NCBI GenBank assembly: GCA_965215265.1
Contig: OZ244048.1
Location: 4,032,001-4,096,000 of the forward strand
Direction: 5' to 3'
Source of the DNA: Candidatus Poribacteria bacterium
GTDB lineage: Bacteria; Poribacteria; WGA-4E; WGA-3G
Length of the DNA: 64,000 nucleotides
The position numbers and the translations under genes are program-made. Shown here in pieces: positions 9,187 through 19,121 of the stretch (positions within the stretch are counted from its first letter, which is position 1; every line of letters starts with the position of its first letter). The notes under the pieces are model-generated. The model had not been told where the DNA came from, made no database searches, and saw only the letters and a list, made by a program, of their open reading frames with translations.

Positions 9187-10650
9187 TCAGTCCAGTGGAA
9201 ACAACGGCCGCCGAACGTGCCGATACGTGAAATGCCGCGGATCGACGGCGGTTAGCCCCGGTGTATCCACCTCAATGATCTTTCCGGCAATCGGTTCGTA
9301 GGCGGCGCGATAGGCGATGGCGGCTTTGACAACGATGATTCGCATCGATTCCGGATTAATCCCGAGACTAAGCAGCTGATGGAGGCTGAACGGTGTTTGC
9401 CGTTTGCTTGTCAACACAACCAATGAATCCCCAATTTCAACAACGGCTGTCAATCCTTGATCGTGATATTTTTGCCCGCCGTGCCGAGGCTCGGTTTCTA
9501 CAAAGCGGCCATCGTGGATGAGGCGAACGCGCCCGCGAATTGAAACCGGATCTCCGTGCATCGAATCTGTTTTTCCGCCGACGTTGAGCGTGACTTCTTT
9601 GCCAAGCCCAATCTGAACACAAGTTTGTACGTTCCCTGCATCATAGAGAACGATAACAAATCCGGATGCTTTTTGTCGTATTAATTCTCTTAAAATGTGT
9701 GTACTGTCACCTGGCGAGCCGCCGCCAATGTTATCTCCCATTTCAACGAGAATAACGGGATGCTGTTCGCACTGAATTGCTTGTGCAACGGCTTGTGCTG
9801 CATTGGGCAGATTTAACGCTAACTGCTCTCGGACACTCCATAACATCTTTGATAATCGTTCTGCTTCTGTTTGTGCGAGTTGTTGATTGTTGTTAGTGAC
9901 GATGACAAAAGAAGGGCCGGCTTCATAGACATCAGCGTAGGGGTATCCGGCTGCGGCATTAGCGATGAGGACTTCAGGACGGTGTTCTAACTGTTCTGCC
10001 TTGCTGAGAATAGAACGTATCGGTTCTGCCCTCGTGTTTTGATAAAGGATATTGAGGAGCATCGGTGGTTTTGCCAACGCCTGCGTCGGGCTGGCCCCGT
10101 CACGTAGGATTTTCATCATGAGTTCGGCTGCCTGAAGCCCGCGTTGCCGTTGGTCTATATGTGGATTCGTTTTGTAAATGATGAGGGCAGTGGAATCAGC
10201 AACCATCTGCTCGGAGACATTGGCGTGATGATCGAGTGTGACGACGATAGGGAAATCGTTGCCGAATGCGGTGCGGAGCCGACGCAGTACTTCGCCGTCG
10301 CCATCTGGATAGCTTTCGGTTACCATTGCTCCGTGCAGTGCGAGCAGTAAGCCATCTCGTTTGGGGGCAGTTTTGAGTTGTTGGATGAGGGTATCAGTGA
10401 GTCGGTTGAAGGCCCCATCTGTCACACGTCCGGCTGGTGTTGCGGAAGCCATCAGCGTTGGATAGAGTGAGTAGCCGTGGTGAGGAGCACCGCCAATGAA
10501 TCCGCCCATTTCATGATGCGTATCTACCCAAGCATCGATGAGTGTCTCGTTGAGGGTGTAGCTGCCGTTTTTAAATGCCTGAATGTCAGTAGGGGTATCA
10601 CTAAACGTGTTAGATTCGTGCATGATACCGCCAATAGCAATCGTTTTCAT
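9187..10650 (-). CDS. M81 family metallopeptidase (MlrC-like)
   Basis: HESNTFS, LHGAM, LDHHAN, PHID and DNIGGG motifs. Confidence 0.9.
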   Translation of the reverse strand: MKTIAIGGIMHESNTFSDTPTDIQAFKNGSYTLNETLIDAWVDTHHEMGGFIGGAPHHGYSLYPTLMASATPAGRVTDGAFNRLTDTLIQQLKTAPKRDGLLLALHGAMVTESYPDGDGEVLRRLRTAFGNDFPIVVTLDHHANVSEQMVADSTALIIYKTNPHIDQRQRGLQAAELMMKILRDGASPTQALAKPPMLLNILYQNTRAEPIRSILSKAEQLEHRPEVLIANAAAGYPYADVYEAGPSFVIVTNNNQQLAQTEAERLSKMLWSVREQLALNLPNAAQAVAQAIQCEQHPVILVEMGDNIGGGSPGDSTHILRELIRQKASGFVIVLYDAGNVQTCVQIGLGKEVTLNVGGKTDSMHGDPVSIRGRVRLIHDGRFVETEPRHGGQKYHDQGLTAVVEIGDSLVVLTSKRQTPFSLHQLLSLGINPESMRIIVVKAAIAYRAAYEPIAGKIIEVDTPGLTAVDPRHFTYRHVRRPLFPLD

Positions 10651-10718
10651 CGGTTTATCCTTTTAGAGTCATGTCAACTGTGAGTTTATGCTACGGTAAG
10701 GAAAATCTAAAAAAAATC

Positions 10719-10747
10719 TTGACGTATTAATGATAATATGGTATCAT
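10719..10747 (+). promoter_or_regulatory. sigma70 promoter with extended -10
   Basis: TTGACG-17 bp-TATCAT with TGn before the -10. Confidence 0.5.
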
Positions 10748-10794
10748 TTTTATTATATAATTTGGGGAAAAAGTGGAGGCGGGCCACCGGAATT

Positions 10795-11370
10795 ATGGTT
10801 TGTAGTGGTAAAAGCCAGATTGAACATGCCCTTGAAGTCGCTGCGAAAGCGCATGAAAAGCAATACCGGAAAGGGACCGACATTCCGTATATCTCGCATC
10901 CGTATGCAGTCGGACTTCTATTAATGGAAGCCGGTTGCGATGAGGCAGTCATTATTGCCGGCATCCTGCACGACACGGTTGAAGACACAGAGTTAACCTT
11001 GGAATGTGTTCGGCAACACTTTGACGAACAGATTGCAGAGATTGTCGCGGGTTGCTCTGAAAATAAAGCCCTGCGGTGGCGTGAGCGTAAAATGGCGAAG
11101 ATCGAGGCACTCAAAACTGCCAGTATAGAAATCTGCTGGGTGATGTGTGCGGATAAACTCCACAACCTGCGTACCATCATTTCAGAGTATCATATCCATG
11201 GCGATAAGGTATGGGATCGGTTTCACGGTGAGATTGCGGATCAAGCGTGGTATTATCGGAGTGTGTTAGAACGTTTGCATAAACGTGCGAGCGTTGACAC
11301 CCCGCAACTCAGTCCAATGGTTCATCAGTTACAGTACGTAGTAGAACAACTATTTGGGGGCGAACAGTGA
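10795..11370 (+). CDS. HD-domain protein, small alarmone hydrolase/Mesh1-like
   Basis: AH..QYRK...PYISHP, LHDTVEDT and ADKLHN motifs. Confidence 0.85.
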   Translation: MVCSGKSQIEHALEVAAKAHEKQYRKGTDIPYISHPYAVGLLLMEAGCDEAVIIAGILHDTVEDTELTLECVRQHFDEQIAEIVAGCSENKALRWRERKMAKIEALKTASIEICWVMCADKLHNLRTIISEYHIHGDKVWDRFHGEIADQAWYYRSVLERLHKRASVDTPQLSPMVHQLQYVVEQLFGGEQ

Positions 11371-12263
11371 AAATAGCCTATGCATTTCGGCGATGTGCAT
11401 CGTATCCGTATAACGGGGGTGGGTTACCTACCGATGCATCCGATAGACAACAGTTTTTAGAAAAAGTTAAAGAGATTGGGTTTGAAGGGATAGAACTTCC
11501 TGCAATGAATTTAAGTGATGTGGACATTGAAAAGCTTCGTACAGCGCTTGAGGATGCAGAGGTGCCGTGTGTTGCGATTCGGGGTGGTGGCGGTGCGGCG
11601 CATCCTCATGTTGCTGCTGCGAACCAGAAACGGATGGAAGATGCAGTTCGCTTCGCCGCGAAAATCGGTGCGAATGTTGTTAATTCCACTGTTACTACGC
11701 CGCCGTGCGACCCGAATGGCAAAGGGACTTATCGTGGAGAATCCGTGTCGCAAGGCTCAAGCCGGTATGCTCGCGCTGAGGATTATGAGCGTACCGCACG
11801 TGCAGTCACCGATGTTGCTAACGTCGCTGCCGAATTCGGTATTGAGATTTCGATTGAAGTCCACCAAAATTCGATTGCCGATAATTCCTGGTCCGCTTTG
11901 CATCTGCTTGACTTGATTGATGCCCCGAATGTAGGGGTTAACCCGGACCTGGGGAATATCTACTGGACGTACGATATTCCGGAAGAGTCCTGCGAAGATG
12001 CGATTGTCGCGCTTGCCCCGCATGTCAACTATTGGCATTGCAAGAGTCTCTATCGGGTACATATTCCGGATTTGGAGACAGCTATCTACGTGCAGGTGCC
12101 GCTGCCGACTGGCGAGATTGACTACCGTTTCGCGATAGCTGCCTTGCTAGATGTAGATTATGAGGGGTATCTCGCAATTGAAGGCGTGCGCGACGGGGAT
12201 CAGTTTTATCAAGATGGTGCGAGTGTGGCGTATGTTAAATCTGTATTGGCAGAGCTAGGTTAA
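11367..12263 (+). CDS. Sugar phosphate isomerase/epimerase (xylose isomerase-like TIM barrel)
   Basis: GFEGIEL, IEVH, NPDLGN and YEGYLAIE motifs; GTGA overlap with the upstream gene. Confidence 0.85.
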   Translation: MKIAYAFRRCASYPYNGGGLPTDASDRQQFLEKVKEIGFEGIELPAMNLSDVDIEKLRTALEDAEVPCVAIRGGGGAAHPHVAAANQKRMEDAVRFAAKIGANVVNSTVTTPPCDPNGKGTYRGESVSQGSSRYARAEDYERTARAVTDVANVAAEFGIEISIEVHQNSIADNSWSALHLLDLIDAPNVGVNPDLGNIYWTYDIPEESCEDAIVALAPHVNYWHCKSLYRVHIPDLETAIYVQVPLPTGEIDYRFAIAALLDVDYEGYLAIEGVRDGDQFYQDGASVAYVKSVLAELG

Positions 12264-12266
12264 AAT

Positions 12267-13328
12267 ATGACACAACAGAAAATTCGTCAACAAGATGTAA
12301 AACTCACTGCCACCGTGAAATGTGCCGGGTGAGCGTCAAAATTGGCTCCGGGTGAGCTTGCACAGATTTTAAGCAATCTCCCAAAACCGACAGATCCGAA
12401 CCTGCTTGTTGGGACAGAAACCTCGGATGATGCGGGCATCTACCGCCTTTCCGATGAGCTCGCACTCGTCAATACGGTGGATTACTTCACACCCATCGTA
12501 GATGATCCGTATACGTTCGGTTTGATTGCGGCGACGAATTCACTTAGCGATGTGTACAGCATGGGCGGTGTGCCCAAAACCGCCCTGAATATCACGTGCT
12601 GGCCGAGGGCAGACCTTGAATTGCCAATTCTTGGGGAGATTATCCGGGGCGGTACGGATAAGGTGCTTGAGGCAGGTGCGGTTCTCGTGGGTGGACATAC
12701 AGTAGATGCGCCAGAACTGATGTACGGGCTTGCCGTGACCGGCATCGTGCATCCGGATAAGTTTGTGAAAAATCATGGTGCGTGCATTGGTGATGTACTG
12801 ATTCTAACCAAGAAACTCGGCATCGGTATCCTGACAACCGGCCTCAAATTTAACAAAATTGGTGACGAAGTCTTACCTAAACTCGTTGAATCGATGACGC
12901 GGCTCAACGCCTCAGCGTCTCAAGTCATGTTGAAATATGGTGCACATGCTTGTACAGATGTGACAGGATACGGTCTTCTCGGGCACGGCTTGGAAATGGC
13001 CCAAGGCAACAACGTCGGTCTGAAAATTGAGAGCAAGTCAGTACCTTACTTCGCTGAAGTTCCGGCGCTCGTTTGGCAGGAAACATACACACAGGCGTAT
13101 CTTGCGAACACGGTGTACCTTGAGGACAACGTCACGTTTCATGCAATGGAGAGTGAGCTGATGCGCCATATTTTAATGGAAGCGGAAACCTCCGGTGGGC
13201 TATTATTTGCGCTGCCGGCGGAGAATGCAGATACTGCGTTAGCCGCACTGCACGCTAACGATTGTCCTGAGGCAGCAATTATCGGAGAAGTTGTCGCTGC
13301 AGAGAGTGCTCATATTGAGGTCTATTAA
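12267..13328 (+). CDS. selD: Selenide, water dikinase (selenophosphate synthetase), selenocysteine-containing
   Basis: ATG 12267 reads MTQQKIRQQDVKLTATVKCAG-U(TGA 12330-12332)-ASKLAPGEL in frame with the ORF at 12342; DDAG, TVDYFTPIVDDP, TDVTGYGLLGH and ETSGGLL motifs. Confidence 0.92.
12338..12370 (+). promoter_or_regulatory. Bacterial SECIS-like hairpin
   Basis: GGCTC-CGGGT-GAGCT apical stem-loop with a G-rich loop ~17 nt after the UGA; AAAAT/ATTTT lower stem. Confidence 0.7.
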
Positions 13329-13402
13329 TGGGAATGGGCATAAATAACATGGCAAAAAACGTGGACAGATGAACGTTCACGCCAAGCCAACCTAAAAAAG
13401 AG

Positions 13403-13927
13403 ATGACAAAAATAGAACTTGCGAAAGAGATACGTTCTGCCGCTTATCTCACGGGGGAATTTAGACTGCGTTCAGGGACGTTCAGCTCCTTTTATTGGGA
13501 TAAATACCGGTTTGAGAGCCGGCCGCACCTGCTTCACGCTATTGCTGTTGAGATGGTTAAATTTTTGCCGGAAACCCTTGATGGCGTGGCAGGTTTAGAA
13601 CTCGGGGGCGTTCCACTCGCTACCGCTATTTCCTTACAGACAGGATATCCGTGTTACTATGTCCGAAAAGCCGCTAAGGACTACGGTACCTGTAACCTTA
13701 TAGAGGGTGGCGTGACGAAGGATACCAACCTTGTTGCGATAGAAGATGTCATTACGACCGCAGGTCAGGTTTGTACTTCTATTCAGCAGATGCGTGCAGA
13801 GGGGTGCCGCGTTCAACATGTTGTCGTCGCAATTGACCGGCAAGCAGGTGGTGCAGAGAAAATCAAGGCACTCGGCTGTACATTTTCCGCCGTTTTCACG
13901 CTAGAAGAATTAGAAGCGGCGCGTTAA
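13403..13927 (+). CDS. pyrE: Orotate phosphoribosyltransferase
   Basis: GEFRLRSG, YVRKAAKDYGT and IEDVITTAG (PRPP motif). Confidence 0.9.
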   Translation: MTKIELAKEIRSAAYLTGEFRLRSGTFSSFYWDKYRFESRPHLLHAIAVEMVKFLPETLDGVAGLELGGVPLATAISLQTGYPCYYVRKAAKDYGTCNLIEGGVTKDTNLVAIEDVITTAGQVCTSIQQMRAEGCRVQHVVVAIDRQAGGAEKIKALGCTFSAVFTLEELEAAR

Positions 13928-13930
13928 ATT

Positions 13931-13964
13931 GGGGATTCCTCCCTGCGAGCAGGGAGAAGTTCCC
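13931..13964. repeat. Short palindromic repeat, family 3 (CCCTGC..GCAGGG core), degenerate copy
   Basis: CTCCCTGCGAGCAGGGAGAA shares its core with 30370-30405. Confidence 0.55.
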
Positions 13965-14080
13965 ATACGTCTTCCACGTTGAGACTTTAATATCTAGATT
14001 AGATGGTACGCTTAACACAGTAACCGTGGAGCGTTTTAGACGCTTTTTTCGTCTACTGGACTACCGTCAACGCCCAATGG

Positions 14081-14171
14081 GTGGCGAGTAAAAGGTAATC
14101 CTAGTGTGTGGCGAGTAGAAGGTAATCTTGTTTCTCCTTGCAGGAGAGACAAAGAATACCTATCTCGCAAC
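14081..14171. repeat. Short palindromic repeat, family 2 (partial plus full copy)
   Basis: GTGGCGAGTA-AAGGTAATC occurs twice; the second copy closes a hairpin ending AGAATACCTATCTCGCAAC; related to 23445, 25174 and 29141. Confidence 0.7.
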
Positions 14172-14202
14172 TTATGCTTTGAAGGTTCGTGTATCAATCT
14201 CG

Positions 14203-14453
14203 TTTTTTCGTATATCTCCGTACCGTCAACGTTTATGTCGTGAGTACTCGTGTGTAAATCTCGTCGGAGATTCCTTAGGTTATGTCTTTAAAAATCTAAA
14301 CATCAGAACCCTCTGGCGAGATTTTCACGGGTTTTAGCATAGCCGCAGCCTTCATGGGGCTGCAGTAGACAAAAAAAACGGGATTTTCACGGGTTTTAGC
14401 ATAGCCGCAGCCTTCATGGGGCTGCAGTAGACAAAAAAGCTGCAGTAGACAAA
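14203..14453. repeat. 161-bp dyad element, family 1 copy A, with duplicated right arm
   Basis: GTATAT 14210; AAATCTCGTCGGAG 14256; TTTAAA centre; CTCTGGCGAGATTT ending 14324; GTAGAC ending 14370; right arm repeated with a 62-bp period plus an extra GCTGCAGTAGACAAA. Confidence 0.85.
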
Positions 14454-14470
14454 TACCGATTGGGAGGCTC

Positions 14471-15271
14471 ATGAGAATTCTATTTATCGGAGACATTGTC
14501 GGCAACCCAGGCAGGAACGCCACAATTGAATTTTTGAAAACACGTCGTCGCTCTTATGATTTTATAGTGGCAAACGGGGAAAATGCGGCTGGTGGAAAAG
14601 GCATTACCTTTGAAATCACAGATCAGCTATTGGCAGCGGGTGTTTCTGTGATTACGAGTGGGAACCACATCTGGGATAATAAGTCGGTTTTTGACTTCAT
14701 AGATACTACTCCGCAGTTAATCCGTCCGGCGAATTATCCGGTGGAAGTGCCGGGCCGTGGGTGGACCTTTGTTACGTTTCCACTAGCAAAACAAGACGGT
14801 GCTGAGTCGACATCCCCGGTGCTCGGTGTGATTAATCTCGCTGGGCAGATTTTCATGAATAGCTATACAAACCCTTTTCACGTTTTGGATGCCATCTTAG
14901 CGGAGGTCAAAGCGAAGACCCCTTACGTTATACTTGATTTTCACGCTGAAGCGACATCAGAGAAAATCGCCATGGGGTGGTATGCTGATGGCCGCGTCGG
15001 TGCGGTTATCGGGACACACACGCACGTTCAGACAGCGGACGCACGCATCTTACCGGGCGGTACTGCCTATATAACAGATGTTGGCATGACAGGACCGCAT
15101 GACTCAATTATCGGCACGAAGAAAGAACCTATACTCGAACGTTTCCTCACTTTGATGCCGACACGACACGTTGTTGCAAAAGACAACGTCAAACTCTGTG
15201 CTGTTAGCATTGAATTGGATGATGACACCGGTACGGCTCTCAACATTGAACCGCTACAGTACCAATTTTAA
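14471..15271 (+). CDS. ymdB: TIGR00282/YmdB family metallophosphoesterase
   Basis: IGDIVG, NGENAAGG, GNHIWD, DFHAEATSEK and GTHTHVQT motifs. Confidence 0.92.
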   Translation: MRILFIGDIVGNPGRNATIEFLKTRRRSYDFIVANGENAAGGKGITFEITDQLLAAGVSVITSGNHIWDNKSVFDFIDTTPQLIRPANYPVEVPGRGWTFVTFPLAKQDGAESTSPVLGVINLAGQIFMNSYTNPFHVLDAILAEVKAKTPYVILDFHAEATSEKIAMGWYADGRVGAVIGTHTHVQTADARILPGGTAYITDVGMTGPHDSIIGTKKEPILERFLTLMPTRHVVAKDNVKLCAVSIELDDDTGTALNIEPLQYQF

Positions 15272-15344
15272 CCTTCTTCCGTGTTGCTTCGGTTCCCTCC
15301 GGCTAAGCCAAGCGTATTTGAGAACCACAGCGAGGAAATAAGCC

Positions 15345-16616
15345 ATGCAATTTCAATTTGAATTTCAGAGAACAGTGCTGAGCGTTAGCCAAATCACAGA
15401 GACACTGAAGCATCTGATACAGCAACAACCAAATCTTCAAAATGTGTGGGTGCAAGGACAACTTTCAAACTACGTGCGTGCCGGATCGGGCCATATCTAT
15501 TTCACGTTGAAGGATGCCAAAAGTCAAATCCCGTGTGTCTTATTCCAGAATTACGCTTCCCGTCTACGGTTTGCTCCGCATGATGGCGATGAAGTGCTGG
15601 TTCAAGGGCAGGTAAACGTTTACCCGCCACAAGGCAAATATCAGATAAACGTCACAGCGGTTGAACCACGTGGGATTGGTGCGTTGCAGAGAGCCTTTGA
15701 AGCATTGAAACAGAAACTTGCAGACGAAGGCATTTTTGACGATAAACATAAAAAGCCTCTCCCCAAATTCCCCCAGAGAATCGGTGTTATTACTTCCGCA
15801 TCCGGTGCTGCAATTCAGGATATCCGGCATCAACTTGAAAAAAGGTATCCGTTAGCGGAACTCTGGCTCCATCCGACGCTGGTTCAAGGTGAACACGCCC
15901 CAGCACAGATTGCGGAAGCCGTTCAAAGTATGAATTTTTCTGCACAACGCTCAGAGCCCCCTATAGATGTTTTGATTGTCGCGCGCGGTGGCGGCTCACT
16001 TGAAGACCTCTGGGCATTTAACGAAGAGCGCGTTGCACGTGCTATTTTCGATTCTGCAATTCCGGTCGTATCAGCTGTTGGCCATGAAACAGATTACACG
16101 ATTGCCGATATGGTGGCAGACCATCGTGCACCGACACCTTCAGCGGCAATTGAGCATCTGGTGCCAGACAGGCTTGAACTTCTCGTAGACTTGGGCAGTC
16201 GGGAGCAACGGCTGCATCGAATAACGGAGTGGAAACGGCAGGCACTCAAAGCACAATTAGTGGAGCTCGAAAGACGGCTTTCTCCAATTCGACAAAAAGA
16301 TAAGATAAATGAGCTGTCGCAGACGGTGGATAACCTTGAATCGGCATGTAAAACGGCAGTAGCACGCAGCCTGGATGAGCATCAGCGCACACTTGCGAAT
16401 CTCGCGGAACGTTTGCATGCCCTCAGCCCCCTCGCCACTTTAAAGCGGGGATATAGCATTAGCCGAAAAGAGAACGGCGGAATTTTAACGCGGGTTGAGC
16501 AGGTTGACGTGGGGGAGTTGATTGAAATTGAGCTGTCACAAGGAAGGCTTTTATGTTCTGTTCAGCAACGTTTTTTCGGAGCAGATTTTCGTCTACAGGA
16601 GCCCAATACGGATTGA
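15345..16616 (+). CDS. xseA: Exodeoxyribonuclease VII large subunit
   Basis: SGHIYFTLKD, RGGGSLEDLWAFNEE, GHETD and APTPSAA motifs. Confidence 0.95.
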   Translation: MQFQFEFQRTVLSVSQITETLKHLIQQQPNLQNVWVQGQLSNYVRAGSGHIYFTLKDAKSQIPCVLFQNYASRLRFAPHDGDEVLVQGQVNVYPPQGKYQINVTAVEPRGIGALQRAFEALKQKLADEGIFDDKHKKPLPKFPQRIGVITSASGAAIQDIRHQLEKRYPLAELWLHPTLVQGEHAPAQIAEAVQSMNFSAQRSEPPIDVLIVARGGGSLEDLWAFNEERVARAIFDSAIPVVSAVGHETDYTIADMVADHRAPTPSAAIEHLVPDRLELLVDLGSREQRLHRITEWKRQALKAQLVELERRLSPIRQKDKINELSQTVDNLESACKTAVARSLDEHQRTLANLAERLHALSPLATLKRGYSISRKENGGILTRVEQVDVGELIEIELSQGRLLCSVQQRFFGADFRLQEPNTD

Positions 16617-16770
16617 TGTTTTGATAACCTTTGCATAAAACTCGTCAGAGCCTGCTTAGGTATCGTCTTTAAAGTCAAAACCTAAGGAATCTCCGAAGAG
16701 ATTTACACGGTAATAAACATAACATCAGGCGTTATCGGGCTTAAATATACAAAAAGAGGTATACGAAAAA
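16586..16770. repeat. 161-bp dyad element, family 1 copy B, plus an extra outer motif
   Basis: GTCTAC 16591, AAAACTCGTCAGAG, TTTAAA, CTCCGAAGAGATTT, ATATAC ending 16750; an additional GTATACGAAAAA at 16759-16770. Confidence 0.85.
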
Positions 16771-16986
16771 TTGAATTTTGAAATTAAACTTGATAAACTA
16801 AAACAAATCGTTGAAAAATTGGAAAGCGGCGATGAATTGACGCTTGACGAATCACTCGGCATGTTTGAAGAGGGCATCACCATGGCCCGTGATTGTAGAA
16901 ACATGCTGGAAGCTGCAGAATTACGGATACAGAATGTCCTAGAAACGGACAATGAGGAAGAAGTAGATGTTCTTAGAACAGATTGA
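16771..16986 (+). CDS. xseB: Exodeoxyribonuclease VII small subunit
   Basis: FE..L..L..IV..LE.G..LTLDESL..FEEG motif; lies between xseA and dxs; TTG start. Confidence 0.9.
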   Translation: MNFEIKLDKLKQIVEKLESGDELTLDESLGMFEEGITMARDCRNMLEAAELRIQNVLETDNEEEVDVLRTD

Positions 16987-18973
16987 CAGCCCTGCGTCAC
17001 TAAAAACGCTTGACATCCAAGAACTTAAGACGCTTGCAGAGGAGATGCGTGCGTATCTGTTAGCGGTACTTTCAGAACATCCGGGACATTTCGCGCCTAA
17101 CTTTGGTACGGTTGAGTTGGCCATCGCACTTCACACCGTTTTTGATACACCGCATGATAAAATTATCTGGGACATTGGGCACCAAGCATATCCACATAAA
17201 CTTCTCACCGGACGTAGGGACGCGTTTCCAACACTCCGCCAAACGGGCGGCATCAGTGGGTTCCTGAGTCGTGCAGAAAGTGAGTACGATGTGTTTGGTG
17301 CGGGGCATTCAAGTACCTCCATCGCAGCGGCCCTCGGCATCGCGACTGCACGGGATGTTACCAATGCTGATTACAAAGTTGTGGCTGTCATTGGTGATGG
17401 TGGATTAACCGGAGGCATGGCCTTTGAAGGGCTAAACGCTGCAGGTGCTCCCGATCTATTCAAACGTAAAAAGGATATAGTGGTTATCCTAAACGACAAT
17501 CAGATGTCTATTTCAAACACTGTGGGGGCCCTGGGGCATCACTTGAAAGCATACTTGGAAGCGTCGAAACATTTTCATAAACTGACAAGTTCGCCGAACT
17601 ATAATCTGCTGCGTGAAGGTGCCAAGGAGCTCATCAACCGGATTTCCCCAGAGGCAAAGGGACTCGCGAGTAGGGTTGAGGCGGCTTTGAAACTCGGAAC
17701 ACTATTTGAGGAGCTCGGATTTCGCTACTTCGGACCCTTAGACGGTAACGACTTAGAGGCATTAATCCCAGTGCTGACAGGTGTCCGGGAGTTGTCTGGA
17801 CCGCGCTTCATTCATCTCGTCACTGAAAAAGGCCGCGGCTATCCTCCTGCTGAGACAGATCCAGTCGGCTTCTATAGCGTCAGCGGTCCGTTCGATCTGG
17901 AAACAGGAAAGCCAACGTCGAAAAAATCGATCACGCCCACGTATACGCAGGTGTTCAGCAAAACTTTGATTGACTTGGCGAAACGAGACGCACGTATTGT
18001 CGGTGTCACGGCCGCCATGCCAGGCGGAACCGGGTTGGATAAGTTTCAGAAAGAATTTCCGAACCGATGCTTTGATATCGGCTTGGCTGAGCAATGTGCT
18101 GTCACGTTCGCTGCCGGACTCGCCACAGAGGGGTTGCGTCCTGTTGCTGCTATCTATTCTACCTTCCTACAACGTGCCTACGACCAGGTGCTCCACGATG
18201 TATGCATTCAGAATCTGCCTGTAATCTTCGCACTGGATCGGAGCGGACTTGTGGGTGCTGACGGTCCAACGCACCACGGCGTTTTTGATTTGGCATATCT
18301 TCGCTCTATGCCTAATATGGTAGTTATGGCACCCAAGGATGAGAACGAACTCCAGCATATGGTGAAAACCGCACTCGTTTACGAAGATGGCCCCATTGCC
18401 TTCCGTTATCCTCGTGGTAGTGGTGTTGGAGTCAAGATAGAGGAAAAACCGAAGGCACTTCCAATTGGTAAAAGCGAAATCGTCAGAAAGGGTGATGATC
18501 TGCTAATCGTTGCCCTCGGAAATCGGGTTTATCCAGCATTGGCTGCTGCACAAAAGCTGGAAGAAGGGGAGAGTTTCACGCAGAGTTTACGGGGAACAAA
18601 GGATGTAGAAAAACACAATGTCCGTTCCGATATATATCAAACGGCAGTACCACACAAAGTCTCCGCAGCGGTTATCAATGCACGTTTTGTCAAACCCTTG
18701 GATATTGAGTTGATTCTTCCGTTGGCTGAGCGTATTGGCAACGTCATTACGGTTGAGGATGGGGTGTTGATGGGAGGATTCGGCAGTGCAGTTTTAGAAG
18801 CACTTGCAGCCGCAGGTATGACAGATATACACGTGAAGACACTCGGCATTCCTGATCGATTCGTTGAGCACGGTGATATTCAGCAGCTTTACGCGATGTA
18901 CGGGTGTGATGAAACCGCTATCCTCCGCGCCGCTGCGGATTTTTTCGTTTTTTCGTCTACAGGAGCCCAATGA
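16967..18973 (+). CDS. dxs: 1-deoxy-D-xylulose-5-phosphate synthase
   Basis: WDIGHQAYPHK, GHSSTSI, GDGGLTGGMAFE, YSTFLQRAYDQ and GADGPTHHG motifs. Confidence 0.96.
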   Translation: MFLEQIDSPASLKTLDIQELKTLAEEMRAYLLAVLSEHPGHFAPNFGTVELAIALHTVFDTPHDKIIWDIGHQAYPHKLLTGRRDAFPTLRQTGGISGFLSRAESEYDVFGAGHSSTSIAAALGIATARDVTNADYKVVAVIGDGGLTGGMAFEGLNAAGAPDLFKRKKDIVVILNDNQMSISNTVGALGHHLKAYLEASKHFHKLTSSPNYNLLREGAKELINRISPEAKGLASRVEAALKLGTLFEELGFRYFGPLDGNDLEALIPVLTGVRELSGPRFIHLVTEKGRGYPPAETDPVGFYSVSGPFDLETGKPTSKKSITPTYTQVFSKTLIDLAKRDARIVGVTAAMPGGTGLDKFQKEFPNRCFDIGLAEQCAVTFAAGLATEGLRPVAAIYSTFLQRAYDQVLHDVCIQNLPVIFALDRSGLVGADGPTHHGVFDLAYLRSMPNMVVMAPKDENELQHMVKTALVYEDGPIAFRYPRGSGVGVKIEEKPKALPIGKSEIVRKGDDLLIVALGNRVYPALAAAQKLEEGESFTQSLRGTKDVEKHNVRSDIYQTAVPHKVSAAVINARFVKPLDIELILPLAERIGNVITVEDGVLMGGFGSAVLEALAAAGMTDIHVKTLGIPDRFVEHGDIQQLYAMYGCDETAILRAAADFFVFSSTGAQ

Positions 18974-19121
18974 CGCTCTATGTTTTGTAAAAACCTGTGG
19001 AAATCTCGTCTGAGCCGTCTGGTGTTTTGACTTTAAAGACATTACCTAAGTGCGTCTCCTACGAGAGTTACATCGGATTTAACACGACATAACCTTTGAT
19101 GGTACGGAGAGATACAAAAAA
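18948..19121. repeat. 161-bp dyad element, family 1 copy C
   Basis: GTCTAC 18955; AAATCTCGTCTGAG 19001; TTTAAA; CTCCTACGAGAGTT; AGATAC ending 19115. Confidence 0.85.

Noticed and set aside
14203-14370. Family 1 elements as integron attC or dif sites
   Set aside because: No RYYYAAC/GTTRRRY cores or XerC/D consensus; the flanking genes are core operon genes, not cassettes
14128-14523. ORFs 14128-14337 (+) and 14296-14523 (-)
   Set aside because: Translations of repeat DNA; other copies of the element contain stops in the equivalent frames
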